From Ophelia neglecta (Eukaryota), in NCBI GenBank assembly GCA_965285935.1, contig OZ260663.1, positions 35,030,001 through 35,094,000 on the forward strand: DNA of 64,000 bases, given 5' to 3'. This document shows, one piece after another, positions 52,143-64,000 of this stretch. The notes beneath the pieces are model-generated. The model did not search any database. It was given only the letters and a program-made list of their open reading frames with translations, and was not told the origin of the DNA. The position numbers were made by a program, and so were the translations under genes. How positions within the stretch are numbered: position 1 is the first letter of the stretch; every line of letters starts with the position of its first letter.

Positions 52143-55100
52143 GTCTTTAGTTCAGCTACATCAAATAGTAGAGGTGTTGCCAAACTTTTCAATGACAATT
52201 TTGAATTTCAGATTCACAATAGCAAAATAGACAGTGATGGAAATTATGTTGCTTTAGATATTACTGCCAAAGGGACGAGGATGACTTTTGTTTCTTTATA
52301 CGGACCTAACAGGGACGATCCTGCCTTTTATAACAAGATAGAAAAATTGATTGAGGAGTTTGATAATGCCACAGCGCTTTTATGTGGGGACTGGAATTTA
52401 GTTTTGGACCAAGAAAAAGATACTAAATTTTATCGGGGGGAACATAATCTAAGATCCAGAACTAAGGTAAAAGATATGTGAAAGAACTCTCTTTATTTGA
52501 TCCAAGGAGAACCCTCAATCCTGATGCCAGGAAATATACTTGGCATCAAAAAAACCCAAGTAAATTTGGAAGATTTGATTTTTTCTTGGTCACAGAAGAC
52601 CTCTTAAATATAACTGAAAAAGTTGAAAGTTTGCCTTCGTATCGATCTGATCATAGTATTGTTATATCAGAGTTTAAAATTAAAGGCCAGGATCGGGGTA
52701 GGGGCTTCTGGAAACTTAATACTTCCCTTTTAGGTGACATTAAATATCTAAATATCTTCAGAAAGTTAGAGAACTAATTATAAATACAGTTGATAGGTAT
52801 GCATTGCTTGGGAAGACTTATCAAACAAAAATGTAAAATTTGGGATACCTGACCAATTCTTTTTTGAAATGATTAAATCAGAATTAAGGGGGTTTTCAAT
52901 AGCACATTCTGTGAGTAAGAAGCGAGAGAGGGAGAAGAGGGAATCAACTCTTACAGAAGATATTTATAATTTAGAGCAGCAACTTAATACGGCACTTGAA
53001 ACATCTTCGCATCCCATCGACCAAAATATAACTAATATTCAACAAAAGTTGATAAAAAAAAAGGCGGAACTCGAAGGAATTAGACAGGAAAAGGCACAAG
53101 GCATCCTCCTTCGTGCTAAATCTCGCTGGTATGAATTAGGAGAAAAACCTACTAAATATTTTTGCGGCCTGGAGAAACGAAACTTTACTTCCAGACTTAT
53201 TTCAAAACTAGAAGAAAATGACCGGGTGATCACAGACCCAAACGTTGTTTTAGAAAAGTCTGAAGCTTTCTACAAAAACCTGTATTGTTCTAAAATATCT
53301 AACCCTAAACATATTGACTATTTTTTAGATAACAAAAATGTAAAAAAAAGTGAACGAGGCCCAAAAAGAATTGTGTGAGGGCCTTCTCACTGAACCCGAG
53401 GTATAAAAAGCCATTAAGGGTATGGCTAATTATAAAACCCCTGGGTCTGATGGGTTTCCCATCGAATTTTATAAAATGTTCTGGATTGGGCACTTTCTAT
53501 TGAGGTCTTTAAATGCAGCATTCCAAGTAGGAGAATTATCTATTGTACAAAAACAAGGGGTGATCATCTGCCTCCCAAAAAGGGATAAACCAAGACAGTT
53601 TTTGAAGAACTGGCGTCCAATCAGTCTACTTAACGTAGATTATAAGATTCTTTCTTCAGTTCTAGAAGGCCGTATGAAAAATATTCTTCCTGAACTTATT
53701 GGGTGGGATCAGAGGGGTTTCTTGCAGTAAAGGTTTATTGGTGAGAATACACGGTTATTATATGATATCATAGATTATTTAAAAGACAGTAAACGAACAG
53801 GTCTACTTCTTCTTGTGGATTTCGAAAAGGCCTTTGATTCTATTGAATGGGGCTATATTGAAAAAGTCTTGGCAGCCTACAACTTTGGAGCGTCATTTAT
53901 AAATTGGTTTAAAATTTTATATAAAAACTCTGTTAGCTGTGTTACCAATAATGGGTATTCTTACAAGTTTTTTAATTAGGGCGTGGTTGCCGACAAGGCT
54001 AACCCCTTTTCCCTTATATGTTTATTCTGGCTATTGAGCCTCTTGCTCAAGCAATAAAGAATGATTCAGCCATTGCTGGAATAAAAATAGAGAACTCAGA
54101 TTTTTGCCGGGTCAGTATGCTGACGATACTTTTACTCTCCTGGACGGCACACCTAAATCTTTAAGGAGCGCTATTAGAAACTTTGTAAAATTTGAGAGTC
54201 TATCTGGTCTTCGAATAAATATGGATAAAACTCAGGCAGCCTGGATAGGACACAATTCACAACTGCGTCAAAGAATTTGTCATGAATTAACGATTAAATG
54301 GGTAGACAGCTTCACATTACTGGGTATAAAATTTACGCATGATCTCCAAAATATGGAAGAATTGAATTATAGATCTAAGATAGGTGAGACACAAATGTGG
54401 CTTAAGGCGTATTCGAGGAGAAATCTTAGTATGTTGGGTAGGGTTACAGTGATAAAAACATTGGCAATTCCTAAACTTGTACACGTTCTCTCGGTCCTTC
54501 CTGCTCAATGCAAACATATTTTAGATGAGTTAAAACAATTGTATAACAATTTTTTTGCGGAAAGATGGAAGGCCCAAGATAAAGCGTTCTATATTGTCAA
54601 AGGCCTACGAAGAAGGCGGTTTGAAATATACAGATCTCGATGTATTTATTTCCGGCCTTTGACTATTGCTTGGGTTGGGACATATATGAAGGCTGAGTCT
54701 GTTGGCGGGGGTTGGCAGGATTTAGTTAAATTTATTATCCCTGAGATATGTTTGGGTAATATTTGGAATCTAGATTATGTATCAGTGGTTAATATTTTTA
54801 TTTTTTTTTAAATACATTTATTCATTCCTTTCTTCATTGAACATGCATACAGGTATGTATTCGATAAACTGACCGGTCCATAATACATACAAAACATTCA
54901 AATAACGTTCTTAGCTTTTTTAAAAATACATCATTTCAACATGCATATATTTCTAATGTGTATATATCAAGTATGTTTGGGTGATTACCATATTTGTATT
55001 TACTCACACAGAGTTCGTTAATAATGATAGGCGTACTACATTCAGCATATGATATATTATTCATTTGATAATACAATATATGTACATGTTCACCAAAGAG

Positions 55101-56214
55101 TACCACTCATTCTGTAATTATAATACATTTCCCTGTAAATTCACAGATATAAACTTGCAACCTCCCCCTATAGATTTGGAGAAAAGTTTTGATATATATA
55201 TTTTTTGGTAAAATTGGCTTTATTTTCTTATTTCATTATACTGATGTACTGATCAGTGGTTAATATGACAAAGCGTGTATCAAACTTGTTTTGGAAAGAT
55301 GTTTTAATTGCATGGAGTTATACATTCATTTATACTTTTCTAATACCCCCGCACAAGATATTGAAAATATTCCAATTTGGATATCAAGTTACATTGGCAA
55401 CGAAAACTTGCATCAATTGTCTGGCCCGTTATACCATACAGGTTGTAGAAATGTGGAGCATTTATATGATAAATCTACTGGAGCCATCCTTTCACATAAT
55501 GAATTCATAATAAAATTTGGTGTAAAAATAAATTTTTTGGACTATGCAAGTTTAGTAAATAGCCTCCCAAAGGTTCCTAGAGACTGTATTCTTACCTCAT
55601 TCTTACTTCATCAGTTGATAACTGCAGAAATTTATTAATAGTGACACTAGTTTTGAATAATGGGCACATGCTCTTGCAACAAATATTGAAAATGATGAAT
55701 GGAAAGCCCACTTTTCGAATTCTTTTAAGGTTTCTATGGAGGCAAAACTTAGGTCATTTCAGTTTAAATTGTACATAGGATTCTTCCTACTAACAAATGG
55801 TTATATATGTGTGGAATAAAGGACACGCAAAACTGTAGTTTATGTGGGCAGGAAATAGAATCATTAGAGCATATCTTTTATCACTGTACACTCGTAACTG
55901 ATCTTTGGTCAAGGCTAAAAGATTGGCTTCGGCCTCATTTTTTGTTCACTCAAGATTTAAATTTGAAAACTGTTATGTTGGGTTATTTAATTGATTCTCC
56001 AGAATATAACCCAATAAATATGCTCTTGTTAATTATAAAACGCTATATCTATGTCAAGAAATGTACTGAAAGTAATATATATTTTGGAGAATTGTTGTTT
56101 TATTTAAAGCGGCATTATGATATAGAATGCCAAATAGCTAGAAATAATGTGAAGCTTAAAAAGAAACTAGAGGATAAATGGAAGCAGGTTAAGCAAGAAC
56201 TTGGACAATTATAA
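52143..56214 (+). pseudogene. L1/Tx1 ORF2p (endonuclease-reverse transcriptase-CCHC), disrupted
   Basis: EN motifs SRGVA, LYGPN, GDWN, YTW, RFDFF, SDH. Linker FWKLN, EKPTKYF. RT motifs KTPGSDG, WRPISLLNVDYKIL, QRGF, DFEKAFD, QYADD. Zinc knuckle CSLC..ESLEHIFYHC. Split over many frames. Confidence 0.93.
54796..55251 (-). mobile_element. Nested antisense, 5'-truncated retroposed insert (probably the 3' end of another LINE)
   Basis: Flanked by a perfect 15-bp direct repeat ATCAGTGGTTAATAT (54781-54795, 55252-55266). It begins with a T-run (minus-strand poly-A) followed by TTTATT (minus-strand AATAAA). Removing it rejoins host ORF2 in frame: LDYVSVVN-MTKRVSNLFWKDVL. Confidence 0.88.
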
Positions 56215-59200
56215 TTATAGTATGTGGTCAGGATTTGTCTGTTAAATATTAAATATTTGTAATCTTTTGTATAAGTGTAGGGAGTGTACAACATATATTG
56301 AGTGTCTAGAATTATTTAAATCAACTTATTGAATCTATTTTTCCCTAGAATCTGTTAAAACGATATCTACTGGATGGTTATGAACCGCCTGGTGTACAAT
56401 CCAAAAACAATATAAAAAAAGGTAAGAATGTGTACAACAAAGATACGCCTAAAAAGGGTAAAACGGAGTGAATAATTGTCCGACAAAAGGGCAGCGACCC
56501 CGACAAAATGTAGGTAGTTCTAGATCTGGAACTTGTCGTAATTGTGATTTTAAACGTTTGTATCGTAGAAAGATCATAATGTGCTGCAGGATAATAATCC
56601 AGTTTGATCGATATGTTTCGAGAAAAATTTTTCCTGTAGCCATCACGATTGGGATTTCCCTGGTACAGTAGAATTGATATTCTAAAATAAATAGTAATAA
56701 AAAGGGACATCAAGCAGATACTTGGACTATATTTAAAAGGCCTTGCGTGCAAGGGGCGTTACTTGCATTTAGTGATACTTAACGAATAACAGCTCGGGGC
56801 AATGTGCCAATACTAGGATAACATGCCTTTGAGATAACTCTCCACAAGCATAACATCATATATATGCAATCATTGTATTAATGTGATCCAACCTAGCTTG
56901 GAGTAACTCTGAATCTGAATAGTCACGGTAGCCATACAATACTGCATAACAATTATTCAATACCACCTAGTGCGTTGAAGGGCACTATAATTGTAATTAA
57001 TACCAGTTCCTATACAACCAGTCTGTTGAATTGATATGATTAAGCAGACTATTATAGGCTTCCGTCACTGTTAGGAAACGCGCACTAAAGAGAAGTGTTG
57101 TATTGGGAGCAGCACAGCCTATACTTTTGTCACAGGCCAACACCCGACGATAGGGAGGCCCAAACGTTAAAGTTGGTCTTGTGCGCCAATAAACGACAAG
57201 TGTTGGGTAATATGGTCAACTTATTTATTGGGAAAGGAATTAATTCCTGGGCGGAAATACGTATACGAAAGGAAAAAGAGCCATGACAAAACTAAGGTCA
57301 CACCATTTGTGTGTACAAGTGCCGTGAACAACCTTTGTCCCGAGACACTAGGCCTACCCACTATTACAGTCATAACACATACTGGCGTCGGGCACAGTCC
57401 AAGCCGTTTATTTGCTCCTGCTCACAAGAAAAGTTGTATCAGTGTTGTTGCTCGCAATAGTACGCTCCTCGCTAGTCCGGGGTTACCGACAGTACAGCTT
57501 CTTGCCTCTGAACCTTTCATCGGGTAACGTCACTGTTATGGTATGCAATCATTTTATCCAAGACCAGCAGGAGAGCGATTTGCATTTGATTATTGTGAAT
57601 GGTCTATTTCAATATATTCATGGAGTAGGCAATGCCAGTGTTTCGGTCGATCAAGTATTGCGATTGTTCGGTCGAAGGAGATATTATTTTCGGTCATGCA
57701 TTGAAGAGATTAATCACTTTTTAAACTTTGGTGCGTTATTTACATGTTCCGGCCTGAATGGTTGCTTTACCTTAAGCCCTTTCGACATAAAAATGGTGCC
57801 CAAAGTCCGTTATATCCTCAACGCAAAATGTATTATAACACAAATGGCGGTGGGCGGTGACCACATTTGCATTGCAAATCGTATAATATAATGGTGTTTC
57901 GATTATTAAACAATCTTCAATAATTCTTCTGTATTGTAGTTATTAAGAGAAATCAAAATTTTGTCTCCCATGTTGGACTCTCCGAGAGTTCAGTCGATCT
58001 TACAAACGGAGCCAAAATATTGCTATGCACTCTGCAGGTTGAAACAAGCCATTTCCAAATTGACCGATCTATATTTATTTTTATTCATCTTTGTTTAACA
58101 CATGTCTTGAGCACTTGTGACTTTGGAATTACATATACTGCACTCCCTAGGGGAAGGGCCTATATGCATCTGTGCTTCATACTTTTATAATTTTTAAGCT
58201 TGAAGGGACCGATTTGATGTTAAGTAATTGTCAACACACCAGATTAAGGGATGGAGTTTTCTATTTGTATTGAAATTGTCAATGTTGAAATAAGTTATCT
58301 ACTCATGTATGATCACAGTTTAACTAATTTCGTTTAGACAAAGAATTCAACAAACAAATGATATAATCATATTTTCCGACAGTACTCTTAATAATCAAAC
58401 TGTCTGTTCAAGTTTGGCACTACTTTCATTTTCTTTTATTATTTTGGTACTTATAAGACCAATATTTCGCGAATTTGAAATGTCAATGAAACTTGCTTTT
58501 GGTGATGAATCGCTGAATACCACATTGTGCAGGACGAGGTGCTGATGAGGCAGTCACTTTATGGCCGGATGCATTCGGAGTAGTATCTTAAGAATTGGTG
58601 CCTAGGTGCAAATCGTTTGTTTCGTGTGCCTAAGAAATATCATGTGCCATATGCCGGACACGAATTCCGGCTGTTTCACATAAATCCGATGGCCCATACA
58701 TATAGGCCTAGATTAGTTCAATCATGGATTTAAAATTATAGAGACCTGTTGTTTCTTTAAAAAAATAGTGAATTTTGTTATTTGTCACTGGAAGTGATAC
58801 TGCAGCTTTCTTTTAATTCGCTATACATTGGATAAGATAATCATTTGTTTTATTTTGGATAAATACCTATCGCCATATAAAACGTTTATATTTAAATAGT
58901 TCTAGACTAAACCCTATAATGTATTTTATATCCAGCTTAAACGCCAGATGAGACAAACACATTTTAATTATAATAACAAAAACAGCAAAAAGAGGCTATA
59001 ACTCAACCTATTGGCACTTTATATTATTAGACCTTTGAGGAATTGTTAGGATAAAAAACAAATTCTGACCAGATAATATGTCTATAATACATAATTCGTA
59101 TCGTCCGCTGTTTTATTATTATTATTAGTTTAGCCAGCCGTCGGCAAAAACATCCTTCAACACTTTATCATTATAAGACATCACATATATGATATCAAGC

Positions 59201-61401
59201 AGAGCTATTCTACAATATGTCGATCACTGCTAGCACCCGTTATTAGTATGTGGCTACCGATGGTTGATAGGTTGTTAATGTTGTTACATTTGCTAGATTT
59301 GTATGAAAAATTTGCTCTTTTTTACCCAGGCTAAAGCAACTGTCTTAACTTATTTGAAAGCAGCTGGATTGTCTGTTAGTGAGTTACTTCTGAAGTGTTT
59401 ATTAGAGAGTAAAGAGGAATGAATAAAATAGGTGCATGGCGGCAACAGCTGGCCAGTAATAAATAACCCACGAGGTTAATATTATATGTGATATATCTAC
59501 TAAATAGCATCTTGTTGCTGAGTTTGATGACAGTTTCCGGACACGAGTTATGTTTGAAAATTTACTCATACTAATATTTGCCTCTTAGTCGTAGAACTTT
59601 ACTAAGCAGGCTAGTCGTACTCTATCTTCTCAACTTTATTTACGGATTTTTTTCTTCGTTAGGAATGTTTTAAAATTTGCCTTAAGTTTATCCCGTTTGC
59701 AAATCATGCAGAGTTATTACGAAAGCATGACTTTGGGGCGTTTGATATTAATCACGCCCAGATAAAAGACTGGTTTCAGAGAATGCTTTTTCATACTGTG
59801 TCAGCGCTTATTCTATTCCCAGCAGACAATGCGAAATTCTCCATTAAAAACTATCCATTATATCCGAATAATCATGAACCATCACTTCAAGTCAATTTAC
59901 AACAAACAATAACGTTGTAATAAGCTGTTATATTATCTCAACTTAAGAGAACTTAAATGATTCACAAATTATTTTATCTTGGATGATATAATAGATCATT
60001 TAGTAGTTGTTTTAAGACTGATAACTAACATACATGATGGGTTTGTATTCAAACGTGAATATATGGTAAATTCAAGAGACCAATCAATTTTGATTGCCGT
60101 TAAAATGTCGCCTGAGGATATTTATTATGTTCCATTTGGGTGTGCTCTGGAATTTAGAATGGTACCGAAAGAAGATAAGTAACCTTAAATATAAACAACC
60201 ACATATCAAAGTTAAGGCTTGACAATCTATTAAGAATAGCTCGCTGAAAGGAGGAGGAAGGTATATATCTGGAGCACATGGAACAACTTATTAGAAACCC
60301 CCATGGCCTCACGAATGACCTTCATTTAAAGATACGCCCATAAATACTGCACGATTCTGCATCCTCTGAAGAACTTGTTCATATGGCATTGGAACTAAGA
60401 ATTACCGGGCTAGTTCCCTAAACCATCACCAAGTACTTTAGGGTAGGGGCTGTGTCATGTCAGAATACACAAGGTTTTTTTCGGATATTTTGTTTAATAA
60501 ACTCAGCATGCCTACTATGTTTTTCAATAGTGCATGTTAAGTGTATTATAAAGCAAACGACCAACCTATATTAAAGGTACACCACCTATGACCGATTTGA
60601 TTATAACTATAGGCGCTTTCATCAGTGTGTCTTATAATTAGCCTTTTCACACAGTATTGGCATTGTTTTATTTAATGCAGGTTACGTTACTTAAGAAATT
60701 CGGATCGTCAACCAGTATGACGAGGTCAATTATAAAAGAGCCTTGATACTTTCAAAATTAAGACGGAGAACATGCTAGTTATTCGAATTGCATTGTAAGT
60801 GAAATCGAGGTATTTTTTCAGCACAATATATATTACTAGCTCTTCCCGAAACAAATAAACTGGCCAGTTACTACCTCCTACCTATTCAGTTCAAATGAAG
60901 CATACTTCGACTTGTATACCTCATGCCATTGGGTTACATTCTTTCGCTACATATGGCAGACTTTTGTATCCTGGAATTTTTCTGAACTGGATTCCAATTA
61001 GCTAGCAGCATAACTTCTCAGATGATGATGTGCATAGACGACATATCTTCAGACAAATGATGGAGCTTTGCAAAGGTTGGCCTCTGGTAATGTACGAAAC
61101 TAACGTCCGCTTTGACATTTTAGTCCGAAATTATTCCGAAATTCGCCACTTTAGCAGACAATGCTTTATACTCCTGTCCTTGAAGGTGCTTCATTGCCAT
61201 TCGTTTACATGTCTACCTAGTTGGTTCATTTGGCATGCTGACTCTCCAATGATACAGACAGACAATTAAACAATGTATACATCACTACAATGTCTGCTAG
61301 ATGACTATTGCTCAGAGTTACGTCAACCGTAACTAGGATCTTACGAATGAAGTTGCCAGTGAAATCCTTGATACACCTGACCGAGCTACGAGAAGAGGGG
61401 C

Positions 61402-61417
61402 GGGGGGGGGGGGGGGG
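61402..61417 (+). repeat. Poly-G (16) tract; a second G16 lies at 51557-51572 in the LINE 5' region
   Basis: Direct reading of the sequence. Confidence 0.9.
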
Positions 61418-64000
61418 CATAACTTAACTGTTTATAATTATTTTTTCATATTAAAGCATAATTTACCATGGGCTTTAGATCCTTGATCTTTGTAACATGT
61501 TAGTTTAGGATGATGATGTGCAACTCATGTAAAGGATGACGGTGCAAGCTGCATGCGTCATGGATTATACGACGGCACGTGATCTCTATAACTGATCTGC
61601 TGAAATGATACAAACTTCCGGAAATTTTAGCCATAAGGATGAGTATTTTCACTTACATAATTTATGTTCAGAAAAGGGAATGATATTAAAGCCGGATCAG
61701 TTTACGTACAAATTCTTCAACCCCATCTATGGAAAAACCGCGCACATGATGGCATATTGCACAACGTTTTACCTGATATAAAAAGATGTGATGAAAAAAA
61801 CAATGCTGTTCAATGTGCCAACTTGTTCTCCAGCATTTAAATTCGTATAATAAAAAGCTTCCCCAACCCACCCGTAGGGGCAATTGTAAAAAATATCATT
61901 TGCATTTAACGTTGGGGCCATGAGCATTAATTGGACCGCAACTCGCTTGATGTGAATATATTATAATAAAGTCGGTTATATAAGGGGTAAATTGCTTATG
62001 AGTTCTTCTGAGTAATGCACTGTATAAATGTTTATTCTCAAGTCAAAATTTGACCAGAAAGTCATCTCCCTTATACCAAATAGTCACGTTTGAATGATGT
62101 CAGTTTGGCTTTCTCCTTTTCGGACTCGCCATTTGCTATCATTCGATAGAAAAACTAGAATTGGTTTAAAATAGCACATACCTTATAAGGTGAACAGACT
62201 GACTGGACTTGAAGACTTAAAGTTTCCGATTATTATGGGCCTGTTTAACATAGCAATATTGAGTACAGATTTCGCCTTGACCGCCCTGTATCCACTCCCG
62301 TTTTCCGACAGGGTCGAAATATATCAAGCAGTCTTGAGATTGAAGTATCTGTGCCTGTAGCTACAGATTAATGTCGATTTCTGTCCGATTAATTGACTAT
62401 TCTCGATTAACGATTTGGTTTGTCCGCCAGGTTTCCATTCCCGTTTTATGTATGGGCAGGCTATTTTCGTTAATCAAAATTATTCATATTTGAATCTTCC
62501 TTGATTTGACCGGATTACAAAGATTTTGGATAAATGATAGAATATTCTTGATTAGCGATTTATTTTCATCTGTCAATCTGCAATTTGCATAATATTCTTG
62601 GAAATACAAATTCACTTGTTCTTGAATACTATCTACCTCGGATCCATGTGTTCTACTGGTTCTAATTGTATGACGTTTCTGAACCAGTCACTTTGTATGG
62701 CAGTTTATGCCCCCTTTTCTCTTGAGATTTTTTTTTTCTTTTCCTGACTTGTCACATATACTTAGCAAAGCGAGGATACAGGCAAATACACATCTTCCAC
62801 ATCTTGTAAAATGGTACGCATCTCCAAGCGGCCCTCTGTAAATATTCCCAAAAGACACTATGATATATGAGTGCGATGACACTATAAAAATCTGTTTAAT
62901 AGGAGTCATTTGAGAATCTGAATAAATCGATGAAATGTCACTTTAACGATTTCCAACCAGATATATAAGTCAAGATGTATTCATTTATCTACGTATACAA
63001 CAGAAAGATAATAAATCATCATGCTGATTATTATAGACTGGCCGAGATATCTCGAAGGTTATCATCAGCTCGACATCTTTTGTATGTGTGGCTAAGGAAT
63101 TAATCGTTCACAAAATACCTGTTTGTCTAGAAAAAAAAAATGATAACCAATTTGTAAACGTGGATAATATTTACTATACGTTTGAGTTAACCAGAACGCG
63201 GTCATTATACAGAAGCGGAATATATACCAAGTATTCTGATCACGTTATGTTCATTCTCTTTTCGAATTCATTTTCAGGGATCTTCGGCTGTATCATATGA
63301 TTAATAACTATTTAGAACATATCAGTTTTATATACAATGTGTGATAACAGATAGAAGCTTCTATTTAAATTACAATTCATGTTTTAGTGTACAAAAGAAC
63401 TAGGCACAGCAGAGACTTTAAGGTTGATACATCAGTCATATTAACAACTTGTTTAACCTAACAGCCTTGCCCTGAACACTACAAAGCAGTCCTGATTTGC
63501 ATTAATGCTGCATCACCTAGACATAGTGACTTTCCAATTGAATCATCTCAATGTGAATGAACGTGTGCATCTGCAACTTAGGATAAGATATCAGTATAAA
63601 ACACGCGGACGGCGATAATGCCGCCAGCCTAACAATGAACTGGATTATACACTCGGAGAATAGCTCGTAACCTGTGTTCTTTTGTGAAAAGGCAATATTA
63701 GAGTTCAGTCGGGCCTCTACAAACCCACAGGAGATTCATTGGTTGTACTCCTTAAAGCGTTCACTATCGGTAGTACAACTTAACGGTTGTTATAGTATTT
63801 CTGTTAATTATCTTAATGGTAATACTGGCCACGCCTAATTATTCGTTCAAAGGTTTTCTAAAGTTATAAAACCGAGAATGCGATACCTTCAATAGCTATA
63901 TTAAATTTACTGTTTTTTTTCTAGCAAAAGCTATTTTTATAACAAAGGTTTAACCTGCAAACAAATTTGAAAATATTATTAAATGTTAGACCTTAAATAA

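Larger units (their letters stand above)
51448..56300 (+). mobile_element. Degenerate L1/Tx1-clade non-LTR retrotransposon (ends approximate)
   Basis: ORF1 has a coiled coil plus the L1-type DLSNRSRRHNIVLHGIKE motif. ORF2 has APE endonuclease, RT and C-terminal CCHC motifs, with multiple stops and frameshifts. Confidence 0.93.

Noticed and set aside
51270-56360. AGAATCTGT near both ends of the LINE as its TSD
   Set aside because: Only 9 bp match, no poly-A tail next to the 3' copy, and the element ends are undefined.
58700-58735. Third copy of the D/E element at a further ~13.5-kb offset
   Set aside because: Only a short, gapped resemblance (ATTAG.TCA.TCATG) with no flanking colinearity.

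Overview
This is AT-rich, gene-poor eukaryotic DNA, most likely from an invertebrate animal. It shows GT-AG splice signals, L1/Tx1, CR1/L2 and RTE-type LINEs, TTAGGG-like motifs inside MITEs, and no operons or CRISPR. Almost all ORFs in the supplied track are spurious. The only convincing host-gene element is missed by the ORF track: a minus-strand first coding exon (778-685) encoding a signal peptide and ending at a phase-1 GCAG|GTAAG donor, so the gene runs off the left edge and the other ~63 kb is upstream/intergenic. The most interesting structure is that the promoter/5'UTR/first-exon module of this gene occurs three times in the same orientation (~0.7-1.07 kb, 13.45-13.83 kb, 17.50-17.83 kb). 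In the two upstream copies the coding part has decayed, while 17-bp and 24-bp non-coding blocks are identical in all three. A second paralogous non-coding pair lies at ~32.0 and ~45.1 kb, again ~13 kb apart. Mobile elements include a ~4.8-kb dead L1/Tx1 LINE (internal ORF1-ORF2 deletion; nested antisense retroposed insert with a 15-bp TSD), a 3-copy ~226-bp MITE family (8-bp TSD, telomere-like core), other foldback elements, a tRNA-derived SINE head and many old CR1/L2 relics. All alignments were done by eye and no database searches were possible.
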